NCBI GenBank assembly: GCA_035221665.1
Contig: JAVHYY010000292.1
Location: forward strand, 248,001 to 312,000
DNA: 64,000 bases
DNA from: Okamejei kenojei
Lineage: Eukaryota
Direction: 5' to 3'
The first letter of the stretch is position 1, and every line of letters starts with the position of its first letter. The position numbers and the translations under genes are program-made. Positions 37,866-49,752 of the stretch are shown in pieces. The notes beneath the pieces were generated by a model, which searched no databases, was not told the DNA's origin, and was given only the letters and a program-made list of their open reading frames with translations.

Positions 37866-38170
37866 TTAGTTTTCAATTTTAGATATCGAGATAAAGCGTG
37901 GAATCAGGCCCTTCGGCCCACCGAGTCCGCGCCTACCAACGATCACCCGTACAGTGGTTTTATCCTAAACACGCGGGACAATTTACAGATGCCAAGTACC
38001 CGGCAATCCTGCATGTCTTTGGAATGTGAGAGGAAACTGGAGCACCCGGAGAAAGCCCACGCAGTCACAGGGAGAACGAAAAAACGCCGTACCGACAGCA
38101 CCCAGAGTCAGGATCGAACCCGGGTCTCTGGCGCTGAAAGGCAGCCACTCTACCGCGGCGCCATTGTGCC
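37866..38170 (-). mobile_element. V-SINE (HE1-like)
   Basis: Reverse complement of the SINE at 39251; B box ggttcgatcc on the minus strand. Confidence 0.85.
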
Positions 38171-38299
38171 AGGAGAGATCTTATTCTGACATTCAAGTGC
38201 TGTATTTTTAAGCGAAGTATCGCGGCTTTTGTTTCGAGAAGCTTTGGCCTGGAGGCGGGCAAAGGATGAGACCAAGATAAGGTGAGATACTGCGGCCTT

Positions 38300-38560
38300 C
38301 TTAATGTCTAAATGTGGGGTCGGTAGAGCTATTGCTCCTCCTGCAAGATGCGGGAAATGAGGAAAGCGTCCAGTACCCCTGACTACTACACCCGTGGGAT
38401 GCGCGCCCAGCTGCAACTCGTGACTGGCCGAGGGAGGAGAGTGGAGCTGGAGCTGGACGACCTCAGGATTGTATTGAAAACATGAGACAGTCACACGAAG
38501 GAGTTAGGTGGTCACCGAAGGTGCAGGCAGAAAATAGACGGGTGTTACTAGAGGGACGCA
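38300..38560 (+). mobile_element. Degraded CR1 ORF1 5' region (zinc-finger/leucine-zipper part)
   Basis: CSSCKM.E...PDYY...QLQL....VELELDDLRI remnants. Confidence 0.6.
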
Positions 38561-39250
38561 ACATTGGACCTCCTCTTTGTGAAAAATGTAGGACATGTGA
38601 CTGAAATATCAGTATGGAAGCACCTTGGAGCAGTGAGCATAATTTTATTAATGATAAAGTTGTTATGGTGAAGGTCTGTCAGGAGCTGCAGCTGGACATA
38701 CTTCCCACAGGTGTGGTAGTCACCACGTTTCCCTGTACTCCCAAGGCTTAACTTCAGGCTCCTCTCCGAAACCGATCGAATCCAAACCTCTGTACTTCAC
38801 CTTAATCACAACCATTTGCAAATGCATCCACTGTAAAATGGCCACTCTGCTTGTGCCTGCCTTCCTTTTGTACAGCACTCGCAGTTTTTACTCATATAAA
38901 GTAAAGTCTTCTTACCGAACCCCTGGGTCTCCTCCACCTTTCAGCTCCGCAATCTCTGTTAACAGTACCCTGCCCTTATTCGTATGACAGATGGCAATAA
39001 AACACTCTTGACTCTTCTAACAGCTGCTTTCGGATTTCTCAAAGTCCTCATCTTGTCAGCTCTGCGATCTCTGTTGAAACAATGGTTTGACGACAGCAGG
39101 GTTTATTGAGCCAACATTTTTTTGTAGAATTGCGGATAAACTGATGAAAATAGGGTGGTTCTCCCAGGCAGTTGCAGTGAGATCTGATAGAGACGGTTAA
39201 AATCAAAAAGGATTTGGGCTGAGTCGATAGAAACTGTTTTCATTGAGAGT

Positions 39251-39560
39251 GCATGGCACAGCGGCCGAGTTGCTGCGTCACCGCGAATGCAGCGACGGAG
39301 ACCAGGGTTCGATCCCGACTGCGGGTGCTTTCTGTACGGAGTTTGTACGTTCTCCCCGTGACCTGCGTGGGTTTTCTCCAAGATCTTCGGTTTCCACCCA
39401 CACCCCAAAGACGTACAGGTTTGTAGGTTCATTGGCTTGGTGTAAATGTAAAAATTGTCCCTGGTGGGTGTAGGATAGTGTTAGTGTGCGGGGATCGCTG
39501 GTCGGCGGACCCGGTGGGCCGAAGGGCGTGTTTCCGCGCTGTATCTCTAAACTAAACTAA
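39251..39560 (+). mobile_element. Full-length tRNA-derived V-SINE (HE1-like)
   Basis: A box tggcacagcgg, B box gggttcgatccc, V-domain, and tail gtatctctaaactaaactaa. Confidence 0.9.
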
Positions 39561-40489
39561 GAAGGGTTAATTAATATGGAAGATAAAAGTAATGAGATTT
39601 GGAAATTAGTCAGTGATTTTCTTTTGTTGAAACAACAAGTAGTTAGGGTTCAGAATGGCCCATCCCGGGTTGTAATGGAGGCAGATTGAAAGATGTCAAA
39701 GGCGATGTGGGTCAGTATCTGAAAGAAAATAATCTGCAGAGCTGTGAGAGAGACAAGTAACAAATGTAGCTGGATTGATCTTAAATAGAGCCAATGTGAA
39801 CTCAGTGGGGAACTTGGTCTCCTTCTGTGCACCGTTACCGTGTTAATTTGAAAATGCGCCTCACAATCCCACAAAAATAAACTCCAATGATACATCCAAT
39901 TTAGTTTTCCATTAATTTTATTGTTCATCAAAGTTCATTTCAAAGCTGAATCGCAAGGGCCTCGTTGATCAGCAGCGACTGCCTACTTGGAAGGCGACCT
40001 ACAGGGATTCTCTTGGGCTCCATTTGCCATGTCACTTCCACAGTCCAGGCACATATCATTATAGGTCTCTCTATTCATTTGCTCATTTTAGACATCGTTG
40101 GATGAAACAAAGAATTGGCGATAGCCGTTTAATGTGGATAAGAAGCTTAAGTTAACAACGTTCGGGAACATAGAACAATACAGCATAGAAACAGGACCTT
40201 CCACCCATAACATCTGTGTTCACCATGATACCGATCAACTTTTACCTTACTGAACATGATCAATGAGCTTATCCAAAATCCCGAAATGTCACTATCTACC
40301 ACCACTGTTAGACAATTCTAGACACACGTCACTTTTTAGTAAAGGGAATAAATGAAAGCTTCTAATTTGTCCTCATTCATTCACAATCCTCGAATCCATA
40401 CTGTACTTTAGGCATCGTAAAATCAGAAAGTCTTGAAAAGAACAAAGTAATTTGAGATAGCAGTTTACAGCCAACATCAACATGATGAG

Positions 40490-40814
40490 GAACACAAAAT
40501 GCTGGAGAAACTCAGCGGGTGCAGCAGCATCTATGGAGGAGTAGAAAGGAAAAAGAAGGAGGAGGAGCCCGAGGGCTGAGGGAGAGGTGGGAAGGGGAGG
40601 AGACAGCCTTCCTACCTCTCCCTCTGCCCTCGGCCTCCTCCTCCTTTTTCCTTTCTCCTCCCCGCCTCCCCCCACCCCCTATCAGTATGAAGAAGGGTTG
40701 CTGCCTGAAACATTGCCTATTTCCTTCGCTCCATAGATGCTGCTGCACCCGCTGAGTTTCTCTAGCATTTTGTCTACCTTCGATTTTCCAGCATCTGCAG
40801 TTCCTTATTAAACT
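40490..40814. mobile_element. Non-autonomous fold-back Penelope derivative
   Basis: caaaatgctggagaaactcagcgggtgcagcagcatctatgga is inverted at 40730-40772, followed by the tail; tcaacat appears on both sides. Confidence 0.85.
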
Positions 40815-40954
40815 CAACATCATTATCTCCCTTGTTATCATCTCAAGTACATTTACCCACATGTTGCAAGTAAGAAGAAAACTAGCAAAGCTATCTAACT
40901 GCATAATAGCAAGTTACGTTGTTTTTCTCTTCTACTAATTATAGGTAAATATAT

Positions 40955-41338
40955 ACACAAAATGCTGCAGTAACTCAGCAGGTCAGGCAGCATCTGTGGA
41001 GAAAAGGAAAGGTGATGTTTCGGGCCGAGACTCTTCATCAGACCGAGAGTCAGGGGAGAGGGGAACGAGAGATGAGAAAAGGTACCTAGAACAAATCAGA
41101 GCACGCATCGATGACCAAGGATAGATGGAGTCCACAATGGTCCATTGTTGGCCATGGGAAAGGTGATAACGAGTAAAAGGGACAGTAAAACTCAGCAGGC
41201 CGATCAGTCCGAAGAAGGGTCTCTACCCGAAACGTCACCCATTCCTTCTCTCCAGAGATGCTGCCTGTCCCGCTGAGTTACTCCAGCATTTTGCGACTAC
41301 TCCAGTGTAAACCAGCATCTGCAGTTCCTTCCTACACA
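40955..41338. mobile_element. Non-autonomous fold-back Penelope derivative with hammerhead motifs on both strands
   Basis: Inverted arms; minus motif at 41014-41041 and plus motif at 41209-41236; tail aaccagcatctgcagttcctt. Confidence 0.85.
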
Positions 41339-41682
41339 TCTCAGTTATAGGTTATCTTTCTCTGATCTCGGGGGGAGGGGGGGGGATCGGTTTATGTAGA
41401 TAATATCGCCTCCCCCCCATCACCATCACCATCAATCAGAGTGAGGAAGGGTCCCTGTTAACCCCCTGAGTTAGACAGGCAGTTTAAGTCCTTTTTTCAC
41501 ACAGAGGTTGGTGGGTGCCTGGAACACACTGGTGGTGGAGGCTGATGCCATAGTGGGGTTTATGAGGCTTTTTGGATAGGCAGGGAAGAGGGAATGCAGA
41601 AGGGAGAATCTTCTTCCCGGTGGCTATCAAACTGTACAACTCCTCCCCCTTCTGTTGTGGTGTGGATTGAGTGACTCTAAAC

Positions 41683-41767
41683 ACCTGTTTTCGCTTTTTT
41701 ATTATGGGGTATTATGTGTAGATTGATGGTACAAAAAATGAATTTAATCCATTTCAGAATCAGGCTG
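41683..41767 (+). mobile_element. Tc1-like transposon subterminal fragment
   Basis: attatggggtattatgtgtagattgatg...aatttaatccattt..aatcaggctgt resembles fish Tc1 long-TIR sequence (from memory). Confidence 0.55.
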
Positions 41768-42668
41768 TGTAGGGGGTCTTTCCGTTTCCCGCGAAAGGGA
41801 TTCCCCTAGGTTCTATACCTCGGAATTATGGTGGGATATGATAAAAGGTTGAATTGACCAGAGTGTGCTGATGAGAGAAAACAGAAACCAAGATGGACTC
41901 AAAGCAAGTCTAAATTTACAGGCTTTATTAAACAATGAGAAATCAAATCTCACCAACACTACATAATACAGAAACTTATGCTTTAAACTAAGACTATGGA
42001 AGGAAAACTATCGGGCACGTCGTAAAACTTACTTTAACAATATTTTACTCCCCTTTCCCTTATACACTCAACCTCCTATCCTATTTCGGGAAGTCCACCA
42101 AGTCACCAGGATACTCACAGCTAAGTTGATGCAGACTCACGAGCTGTCCAATAGTGCAGGAAGAGCAGGAAGAGCCAAAAGAGCAGAGAGAGTTGTGGCT
42201 GGACTCCTGTTTTATACCTGAGATTCCTTTCAACCCCCCAGGTGGTCCTCTGGATAAAAGGGCTTCTTTTGATGTTTCCCAGTTTCGATCTGGCATGAAC
42301 AATAGGCTTCCGATGATAAGGGGTTTGCTGATGTCATGATCCCTCAGCCTGATCGTTATCCCATCGCCTGGATGGGTTCCTATTGTCTCGATGGATGGGT
42401 CATCCACGATGGTGGTTGTGCTTGTTGCTGGCCTGTTTACCACCGTCTGCTGAGGCTTGCTTCCTTCCTTTGTGTATCCAAGAAAATCTCGTTATCTCCG
42501 TCTCTGCCTTTGTTCACACCGTTGTGTGATGTCCAAGTCCACGGGCCAGACGGTTTGAAACTTGAAACTGAGTCTTTCTGTGGATTGCGGGTTTTGCCGT
42601 TGCAGCCAGCAAATCTGTCTTTTTGAAATGCCCATGTCCTTATCCACGTTCTTCCATAATAACTTACA
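41768..42668 (-). mobile_element. Probable solo LTR (~900 bp)
   Basis: TGTA...TACA termini; minus-strand TATAAA (~42210-42215) upstream of AATAAA (41924-41929); no TSD seen. Confidence 0.6.
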
Positions 42669-42740
42669 CCTCTCTCCTTCTTTCCTTCTTTCCTTCCTTC
42701 CTTCTCTTTCCTTCTTTCCTTCCTTCCTTCCTTCTTTCCT
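42669..42740. repeat. (TTCC)n microsatellite
   Basis: Direct reading. Confidence 0.85.
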
Positions 42741-45700
42741 TGTGTGTCGGCATTGTGGGTGTATGTCACATTCCATTTTTACGTACACATTTTTAATAAC
42801 ATCCTCCCCCGCCCCCAATATTTCAAAATGTTAAAAAAAATCAAAATGCTCTCACCCATAGAATGTTGGTGAGCGTTCCATTGTGTGATGTCACAATGCC
42901 CAATGCTCACAGATGCCCAATCGGAAAGGATCTCATTTACATATGCCCCAGCACCAGCCCCGCCCACCGCAGCCTGTGTTGAAGCGGGTGATCACGTGTG
43001 TGGGAATAGAGAAAGAGGATTGGGGCTGATAGGGAGTGGGGAATAGATGGACTGCCCCTACCCCTCCCCTCCCTCTCTACCTCCCCTCTCTTTCCCTTCT
43101 CTCCCCCCACCCCTCTCCCCCTCCCCCCATCCCTCTCCCCCTCCCTCCCCTACCCCCTCCCCTCTCTCTCCCCCTGCCTTCCCCCTCCATCGCCTCTCTC
43201 CCCCACCCCTTTTTCCGTACCCCTCTCTCCCTCTTCCACCACACCCCCTACCCCTCTCCCCCTCCCCATTCTTCCACTTCTCTCCCCCTTCCCCACCACT
43301 CTCCCTCCCCACCTCTCTCCCTCCCCCACCCTATCTCTCCCCTCCATCCCTCCCACAACCCCTTTCCCCTACACCTCTTTCCCCTTCCACCACTCCCTCT
43401 CCCTCACTCCCACCACTCCCCCTACCTCCCCACTCATCCACTTCTCTCTCCTCATCCCCCAGCCCTCCCAATCTCCCTCCCCCACATTTCTCTCTCCCCC
43501 CTTCCCTCTCCCTTTCCACTCTCTCAGCTCTCCCCCTCCCCCACTCTTCCCCCTCCCCCTACCAATCTTCCCCTCCCTCCACACTCTTCGCTCTCTCTCC
43601 GCCTACCCCTCTCCCCCTCCCTCCACACTCTTCCCCCTCTCTCCCCTTCCCCCTCTCCCTCCTCCCTCCCCTCCCTCCATCACCCCTCCTCCCTCTCTCG
43701 CCATTCCCCACCCCTCTCACCCCCTCCCCCACCCCTCTCTCACCCCCTCCCGGAACCCTCTCTCACCCCCTCCTCCACCCCACCTCCCTCCTCCCCTTCC
43801 CCTCTCTCCATCTCCCTCTCTCCTCACCCCTCTCCCTCCTCCCCTCCCATGCTCTCTCTCCCCCGTCCCCATCCTTCACCCTCATCTCCCCCCACCCCTT
43901 CCCCTCTCTCTTGCACCACTCCCTGCTACCCCTCCTCCCCTCTCCCTCCCCCTCCCCCTCCCCACCTCTCTCCCTCCCCTTTCTCTCTCCCACTCCTCTC
44001 CCTCCTCCCTCCCTCCTTCACCCCTCTCTCCGCTTTCCCACCCCTCTCTCCCTTTCCCCTCTCTCAGCCCCTCCCAGAACCATCTCTCACCCCCTCCTCC
44101 ACCCCCTCTCCTCCCCTTCCCCTCCCCATCTCCCTCTCTCCTCACCCCTCTTCCTCCTCCGCTCCCACCCTCTCTCTCTCCCCCTCCCCCATCCTTCACC
44201 CTCATCTCCCCCCCACCCCCTTCCCCTCTCTCTTGCACCACTCCGTGCTACCCCTCCTCCCCTCACTCCCCACTCTTCCCCTCTCCCTCCCCTCCCCACC
44301 TCTCTCCCTCCCCTTGCTCTCTCCCCCTCCTCTCTCTCCCCTCCTCGCTCTCCCCTGCACCCTCGCCTCTCTATCTCCCCCTCCCATCCCCCTTCCTCCC
44401 CTCTCTCCTCCCACCCCTTTTTCCCTACCCCTCTCTCCCTCGCCCACCACTCCCCCCTACCCCTCTCTCCCTCCCTCCCCACTCTTCCACGTCTCTCCCG
44501 CCTTCCCCCACCCTCTCCCTCCCACCTCTCTCTCTCCCCACCCTCTCTCCCCTTCCCTCCCTATCTCCCCCACCCCTTTCCCCTACCCCTCTCTCCCTCT
44601 TCCACCACACCCCCCTCCCCCTCCCTCTCTCCCACTTCCACCACTCCCCCGTACGCCTCTCTCCTCCCTCCCCACTCTTCGGCGTCTCTGTCCCCATCCC
44701 CCAGCTTTCCCCATCTCCCTCCCCCACCCCTCTCTCTCCCCCCTCCCTTCCCTCTCCCTCCCCACTCTTCCCCCCCTACCACTCTCCCCCTCCCTCCACA
44801 CTCTTCCCTCTTGTAAAGATGGTACACGGACACCATGGAATCTTTACTACTTTAATGAACACATTACTGCCCTAGCTGTACGTGGTCTGTCACGATCACT
44901 AGAGAGCGAGCTAGGGGTGTGAAGGTTACAATTATACTAACTGGTGAGGGAGTGGTTAGCATGGACATCGTCACTATCAATTAAAGGTGTATACACATTT
45001 CATCTACACCTCTCTCTCCCCCTAACCCTCTCCCTCCGCCCTCCCTCCTCCCTCTCTCCCCTTCCTTCCCTCTCGCCCCTTCCCCACCCCTCTCGCACCC
45101 CCTCCCCGAACCCTCTATAACCCCCTCCCCACCCCTGTTCACCTCCATCTTCCCTCCACCCCCCTTCCCCTCTTTCTTGCACCTCTCCCTGCTATCCCTC
45201 TCCCCCTCACTCCTCACTCTTCCCCTCTCTCTCCCCCTACCCACCTCTCCCTCCCCTTTCTCTCTCTCCCCCTCCCCTCTCTCCCTCCTCTCTCTCCCAC
45301 TCTATCCCTCTCCTCTCTCCCCCCCTCCACTCTCCCATCCACCTCTCCCCTCCCCCCTCTCCCCTCCCCCTCTTCCCCTCTCCCCTCCCCTTCCCCCACC
45401 CCACTACCCTCCTTTTCCCTACCCGTCTCCTCCTTTACCCTCCCAGCTCTGCTCCCCCGCCCCCATACTCATCCCCCTCTCTCTCCCTCCCCTCCCCACG
45501 TCTCCCCCTCCCCACTCTCTCCCCATCTCCCCTCCCCACTCTCTTTCCATCTCCAGCTCCCTCTCCCCTCCTCCTCCCCACCCTCGCCCGCTCACCCGCA
45601 CATCCTTTCCTCCCCTCCCCCCCCCCCGTGTGTGCGGGGTGGTAGTTAGTGTGTGTGACGCGACATGCTGCCCCCCCCCCCCCAACCGCACATTGGGGGA

Positions 45701-48700
45701 ACAGACCCAACGGGTCTGCACTTGGTCTAGTCTACTTTTAAAACTGTGTGTGTGTGTGTGTGTGTGTCGGCTGTGTGCGTGGTTCTATGTCACATTCCTT
45801 TTTTTTTCAGATAAGTTCTTTGGCTTTTGATTCCATGGTCCGCCAAAACCAGATGCGAAAACCCCGTTATTTTTTCCATTTCACTAGCGATTTCGCTTCA
45901 ACATGCACGGATTTACTCCTCAATACATTTAGACATTTTGATGTACACATTTTTTAATAAAATCATCCCCATCCCCCCCACACACTCACTCATTTAAAAA
46001 AATCGAAACGGCACCTCACGAGCTGCTTACGTCACAATCACACATGCCGACCAATCCCAAGCCGCTTCTCCCTCTTCATTTGGCAGCGCCCCCCCCCCCC
46101 CCCTCCAACTACGCTCCGCGCCTCCCGCAGCTCGAAACGCCCGCGCGCGCGCCCGCTCAAAACACGCCCCTTCTCAAAATGCTCTGCAGATCGGGAGGAG
46201 AGATAAGGCATCAGTTCCGCTCTCACGCCGGCATGCTCTGCAGATCGGGAGATGAGATAAGGAGATGGGCGGGCGGGGTAAGGCTCGATCCTGGGGAGGT
46301 GAAGAGGGGGAGTCGGGGGATTGAGGGAGAGGGGGGAATGGGGGAGGTGACGAGGGAGAGTGTGGGAATAAAGGGAGAGGAGTGGGGGTGAGAGGGAGTG
46401 GGGAATAGATGGACTGCCCCCCCTTCTCCCTCTCCCTCCCTCCCCACTCTTTCCCCTCTCTCCCCCTACCTCTCTCACCTTCTCTCCCCTACCCCATCAC
46501 CTACTCGCTCCCCACCCTCCCTTCACCCCACCTCCACCTCCCTCCCCTCTTCCCCTTCCCTTCCCCCCTCTCCGCCCCCTCTCCCCCTCCCATCTCTCTC
46601 ACCCATCCCCCCCCCTCACCCACCCTCCCTCCCTCACCCAACCTCCCCTTCCTCCTCCCCTCCACCCCCTCTCCCTCTGTCTCTTGCCCTTCTGTCTGCC
46701 CCTTTCTATTTCTCTCTCCCCATTCTCTCTCTGCTCTCATTCTCTACCCCCTCTCTCGCTCCCTCACCCCCCTATCTCGCTCTCTCTCTCCCTCTCGCCC
46801 CCCTCTCTCACCCCCTCTCTCTCTCACCCCCTCTCTCACCCCCTCCCTCTCTCACCCTCCCCCTCTCTCTCTCACCTTCCCCCTCTCTCTCTCTCTCTCT
46901 CCCTCCCCCACTCTCTCTTTCCTCCCCCCCTCTCTCTCCCTCCCCCCTCGCTCTCTCTCCCACCCCCTCCCCCTCTCTCTCCCTCACCCCTTCTCTCTCC
47001 CCTCCCCCACTCTCTCTCCCCCCCCCACTCTCTCTCTCCCATCTCTCTCCCCGCTGTTTCCCCTCCCCCTCTCTCCCCTCCCCCTCTCTCTCCCCCTTCC
47101 TCTCCCCTATACCCCCTTCCCCCATCGCTCCACACCCTCCCCTCCACCCCTCCCCCCTTCCCTCCACCCCTTCCTCTCCCCCTCCCGTCTCACCACATCT
47201 CCCCACTTCCATCCCCCATCTCCCCTTCTCTCTCCTCCCATCTCTCTCTCCCCTCCTCCCCCACCCTCCCTCTCCTCCCTCTCCTCCTCCTCCCTCCCTC
47301 TCCTCCTCCTCTTGTCCACTCCCCCCCTCTCCCCCTGTCTCTTTCCCTTCTGTCTCTGCCTCTCTCACTGTCTCTCCCCATTCTCTCTCTGCCCTCACTC
47401 TCTACCCCCCTCTCCCTCTCTAGACACATCTGCGAGTTGGGGGCTATGCGTCGGTGGCGAGGGCGGTTATGGGGTAAAAGGATCTAATTAATAATATTAA
47501 TATAACATCAAGGGGGTAGTTAGTGTGTGGGAGGTTAGTGTGTGTGACGCCGCATGCCCCCCCTCCCGCAAACGCGCGATGGCGGAACAGACCCAACGGA
47601 TCTGCACTTGGTCTAGTATACTTTTAAAACTGTGTGTGTGTGTGTGTGTCGGCCGTGTGTGTGGGTGTATGTCACATTCCATTTTTTTTCAGATAAGATT
47701 TTTGGCTTTTGTTTCCATGGTCTGCCAAAACCAGACCCTCAAACGCCGTAATTTTTTCCATTTTGCTAGACATTACACTTTTACATTCACAAATGCACTA
47801 CTCATTACATTTAGACATTTTTATGTAGACAATTTTAATAATATCCCCCCCCACCCCAATATTTCAAAATGTAAAAAAAAATCAAACTGCTCTCACCCAT
47901 AGACTGTTGGTAAACGTTCCATTGTGTAATGTCACAATGCCCAATGCTCACAGATGTCCAATCCTCCCTTCCCTCTCCCCACTCTTCCCCCTCTCTCCTC
48001 TCTCTCCCTCCCATCCCCACTCTTCCCGCTCCCCCTACCATTCTACCCCTCCCTCCACACTCTGCCCTCTCTCTCCCCCTACCCCTCTCCCTACCCCTCT
48101 CCCCTCCCTCCACACTCTTCCCCCTCTCAACCTTTCCCCCTCTCCCTCCTCCCCCCCTCCTCCCTCTCTCTGCTTCTCCCACCCCTCTCTCCCCCCTCCC
48201 CACCCCTCTCTCACCCCCTCCCCAAAACCTCTCTCACCCCCTCCCCCACACCCTCTCCTCCTCCCCTTCCCCCTCTCTCCGCCCTCCTCCCTCTCTCCTC
48301 ACCCCTCACCCTCCTCCCCTCCCACCCCCTCTCTCCCCCCTCCCCACCCATCGTCACCCCATCTCCCACCCCTTGCCCCCTTTCGTGCACCACTCCCTGC
48401 TACCCCTCTCCCCCTCACTACCCACTCTTCCCCTCTCCCTCCCCTCCCCACCTCTCTCCCCTTTCTCTCTCTCTCTCCCCCTCCTCTCTCTCTCCTCTCT
48501 CTCCCCCTTCCAATCTTTCCCTGTCCTCTCTCTCCCCCTCCACTCCCTCTCCAGCTCTCCCCTCCCCCTCTTTCTCCCCCTCTCCTCTCACCTCCCCCTC
48601 TCCCATTCCTCCCCTCTTCTCCCCCACCCCTCTCCTCTCACCTCGCCCTCTTCCCCTCTCCACCCCTTCCCCCATCCCTCTCTACCCCCTTCACCCCTCT

Positions 48701-49504
48701 ACCACCCCCTACCCCTGTCTCCTCCTTTACCCTCCCTGCTCTCCTCCCCTCTCCATCCTCTCTCTCCCTTCCCCCTCTCCTCTCCTCTCCTCCCCACTCT
48801 CCCCCATCTCCCCCTCCCCACTCTCCCACCATCTCCCCCTCCCCACTCTCTCCCCATCTCCCTCTCCCCTCCTCCCCACCCTCCCCGTCTCCCCTCCCCT
48901 TCCCCAGCCCTTTTCCCCCCCCTCACCCACCCTCCCCCTCCCACTCTACCACCCCGTTCCCCCTACCCCTGTCTCCTCCTTTACCCTCTGCGCTCTCCTC
49001 CCCTCCCCCCAACCTCATCCCCTTCTCTCTCCCTTCACCCTCCCCTCTCCCTCCCCACTCTCTCCCCATCTCCCCCTCCCCATTCTCTCTCCTCATTTCC
49101 CCCTCCCCCTCCCCACTCTCTCTCCATCTCCATCTCCATCTCCCCTCCTCCCCACCCTCCCCCCTCATCCCCACATCCTCTCCTTCTCCCCTCTACCTCT
49201 GTCTCTTGCCCTTCTGTCTCTGCCTCTCTCTCTCTGTCTCTCCCCATTCCCTCTCTGCCCTCACTGTCTACCCCCCCCCCCCCCTCCCCCCAGACACGCC
49301 TGTGAGTTGGGGGCTATGTATCAGTGGGTAGGGCGGTTATGGGTTAAAGGGAGCAAATTAATAATATTCATATAATATCAAGGGGGGTAGTTAGCGTGTG
49401 TGCGGGGTGGTAGTTAGTGTGTGTGACGCGACATGCTGCCCCCCCCCCCCCCCTCGCAACTTCACGTTGGGGGAACAGACCCAACGGGTCTGCACTTGGT
49501 CTAG
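42741..49504 (+). mobile_element. Tandem array of three non-autonomous Helitrons with internal C/T tracts (units ~42741-45730, 45731-47616, 47617-49504)
   Basis: Each unit ends in the hairpin cagaccc-aac-gggtctg, then cacttggt, then CTAG; the next unit starts TCTACTTTTAAAACT or TATACTTTTAAAACT; the last CTAG is followed by host T. Confidence 0.88.
44812..45008. mobile_element. 197-bp solo LTR inserted in Helitron unit 1
   Basis: TGTAAAGAT...ATCTACA termini; cctct on both sides (44807-44811 and 45009-45013); complex sequence embedded in a C/T tract. Confidence 0.7.
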
Positions 49505-49752
49505 TACGAATTAAATTTATCAATGAGAACATTGCATATATATGCGTTGAAACTAAAAAAACAAGTTTTTTTAAAAACATTGCCTCCACATGATATCATG
49601 ACGCCGGAATCTATTAATTTTCAGGAAATACTTTCCGTATGCTTAGACCATGCATTGGTAATTAAGAGGATGTAATGGAGACGATATAATCATGACTAGC
49701 TCTAATTAACTCCATTGTACATTTTAGCTTACGCAATGTTTTTATTCCTCAG

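Noticed and set aside
39251-39325. tRNA-like A/B boxes as a tRNA gene
   Set aside because: It is the head of a V-SINE, continuous with the V-domain and tail.
43036-49375. Long Pro/Leu/Ser-rich ORFs (up to 628 aa) and Gly/Arg/Glu-rich antisense ORFs
   Set aside because: Stop-free by composition (C/T tracts lack stop codons) and open in several frames at once; they lie inside Helitron units.
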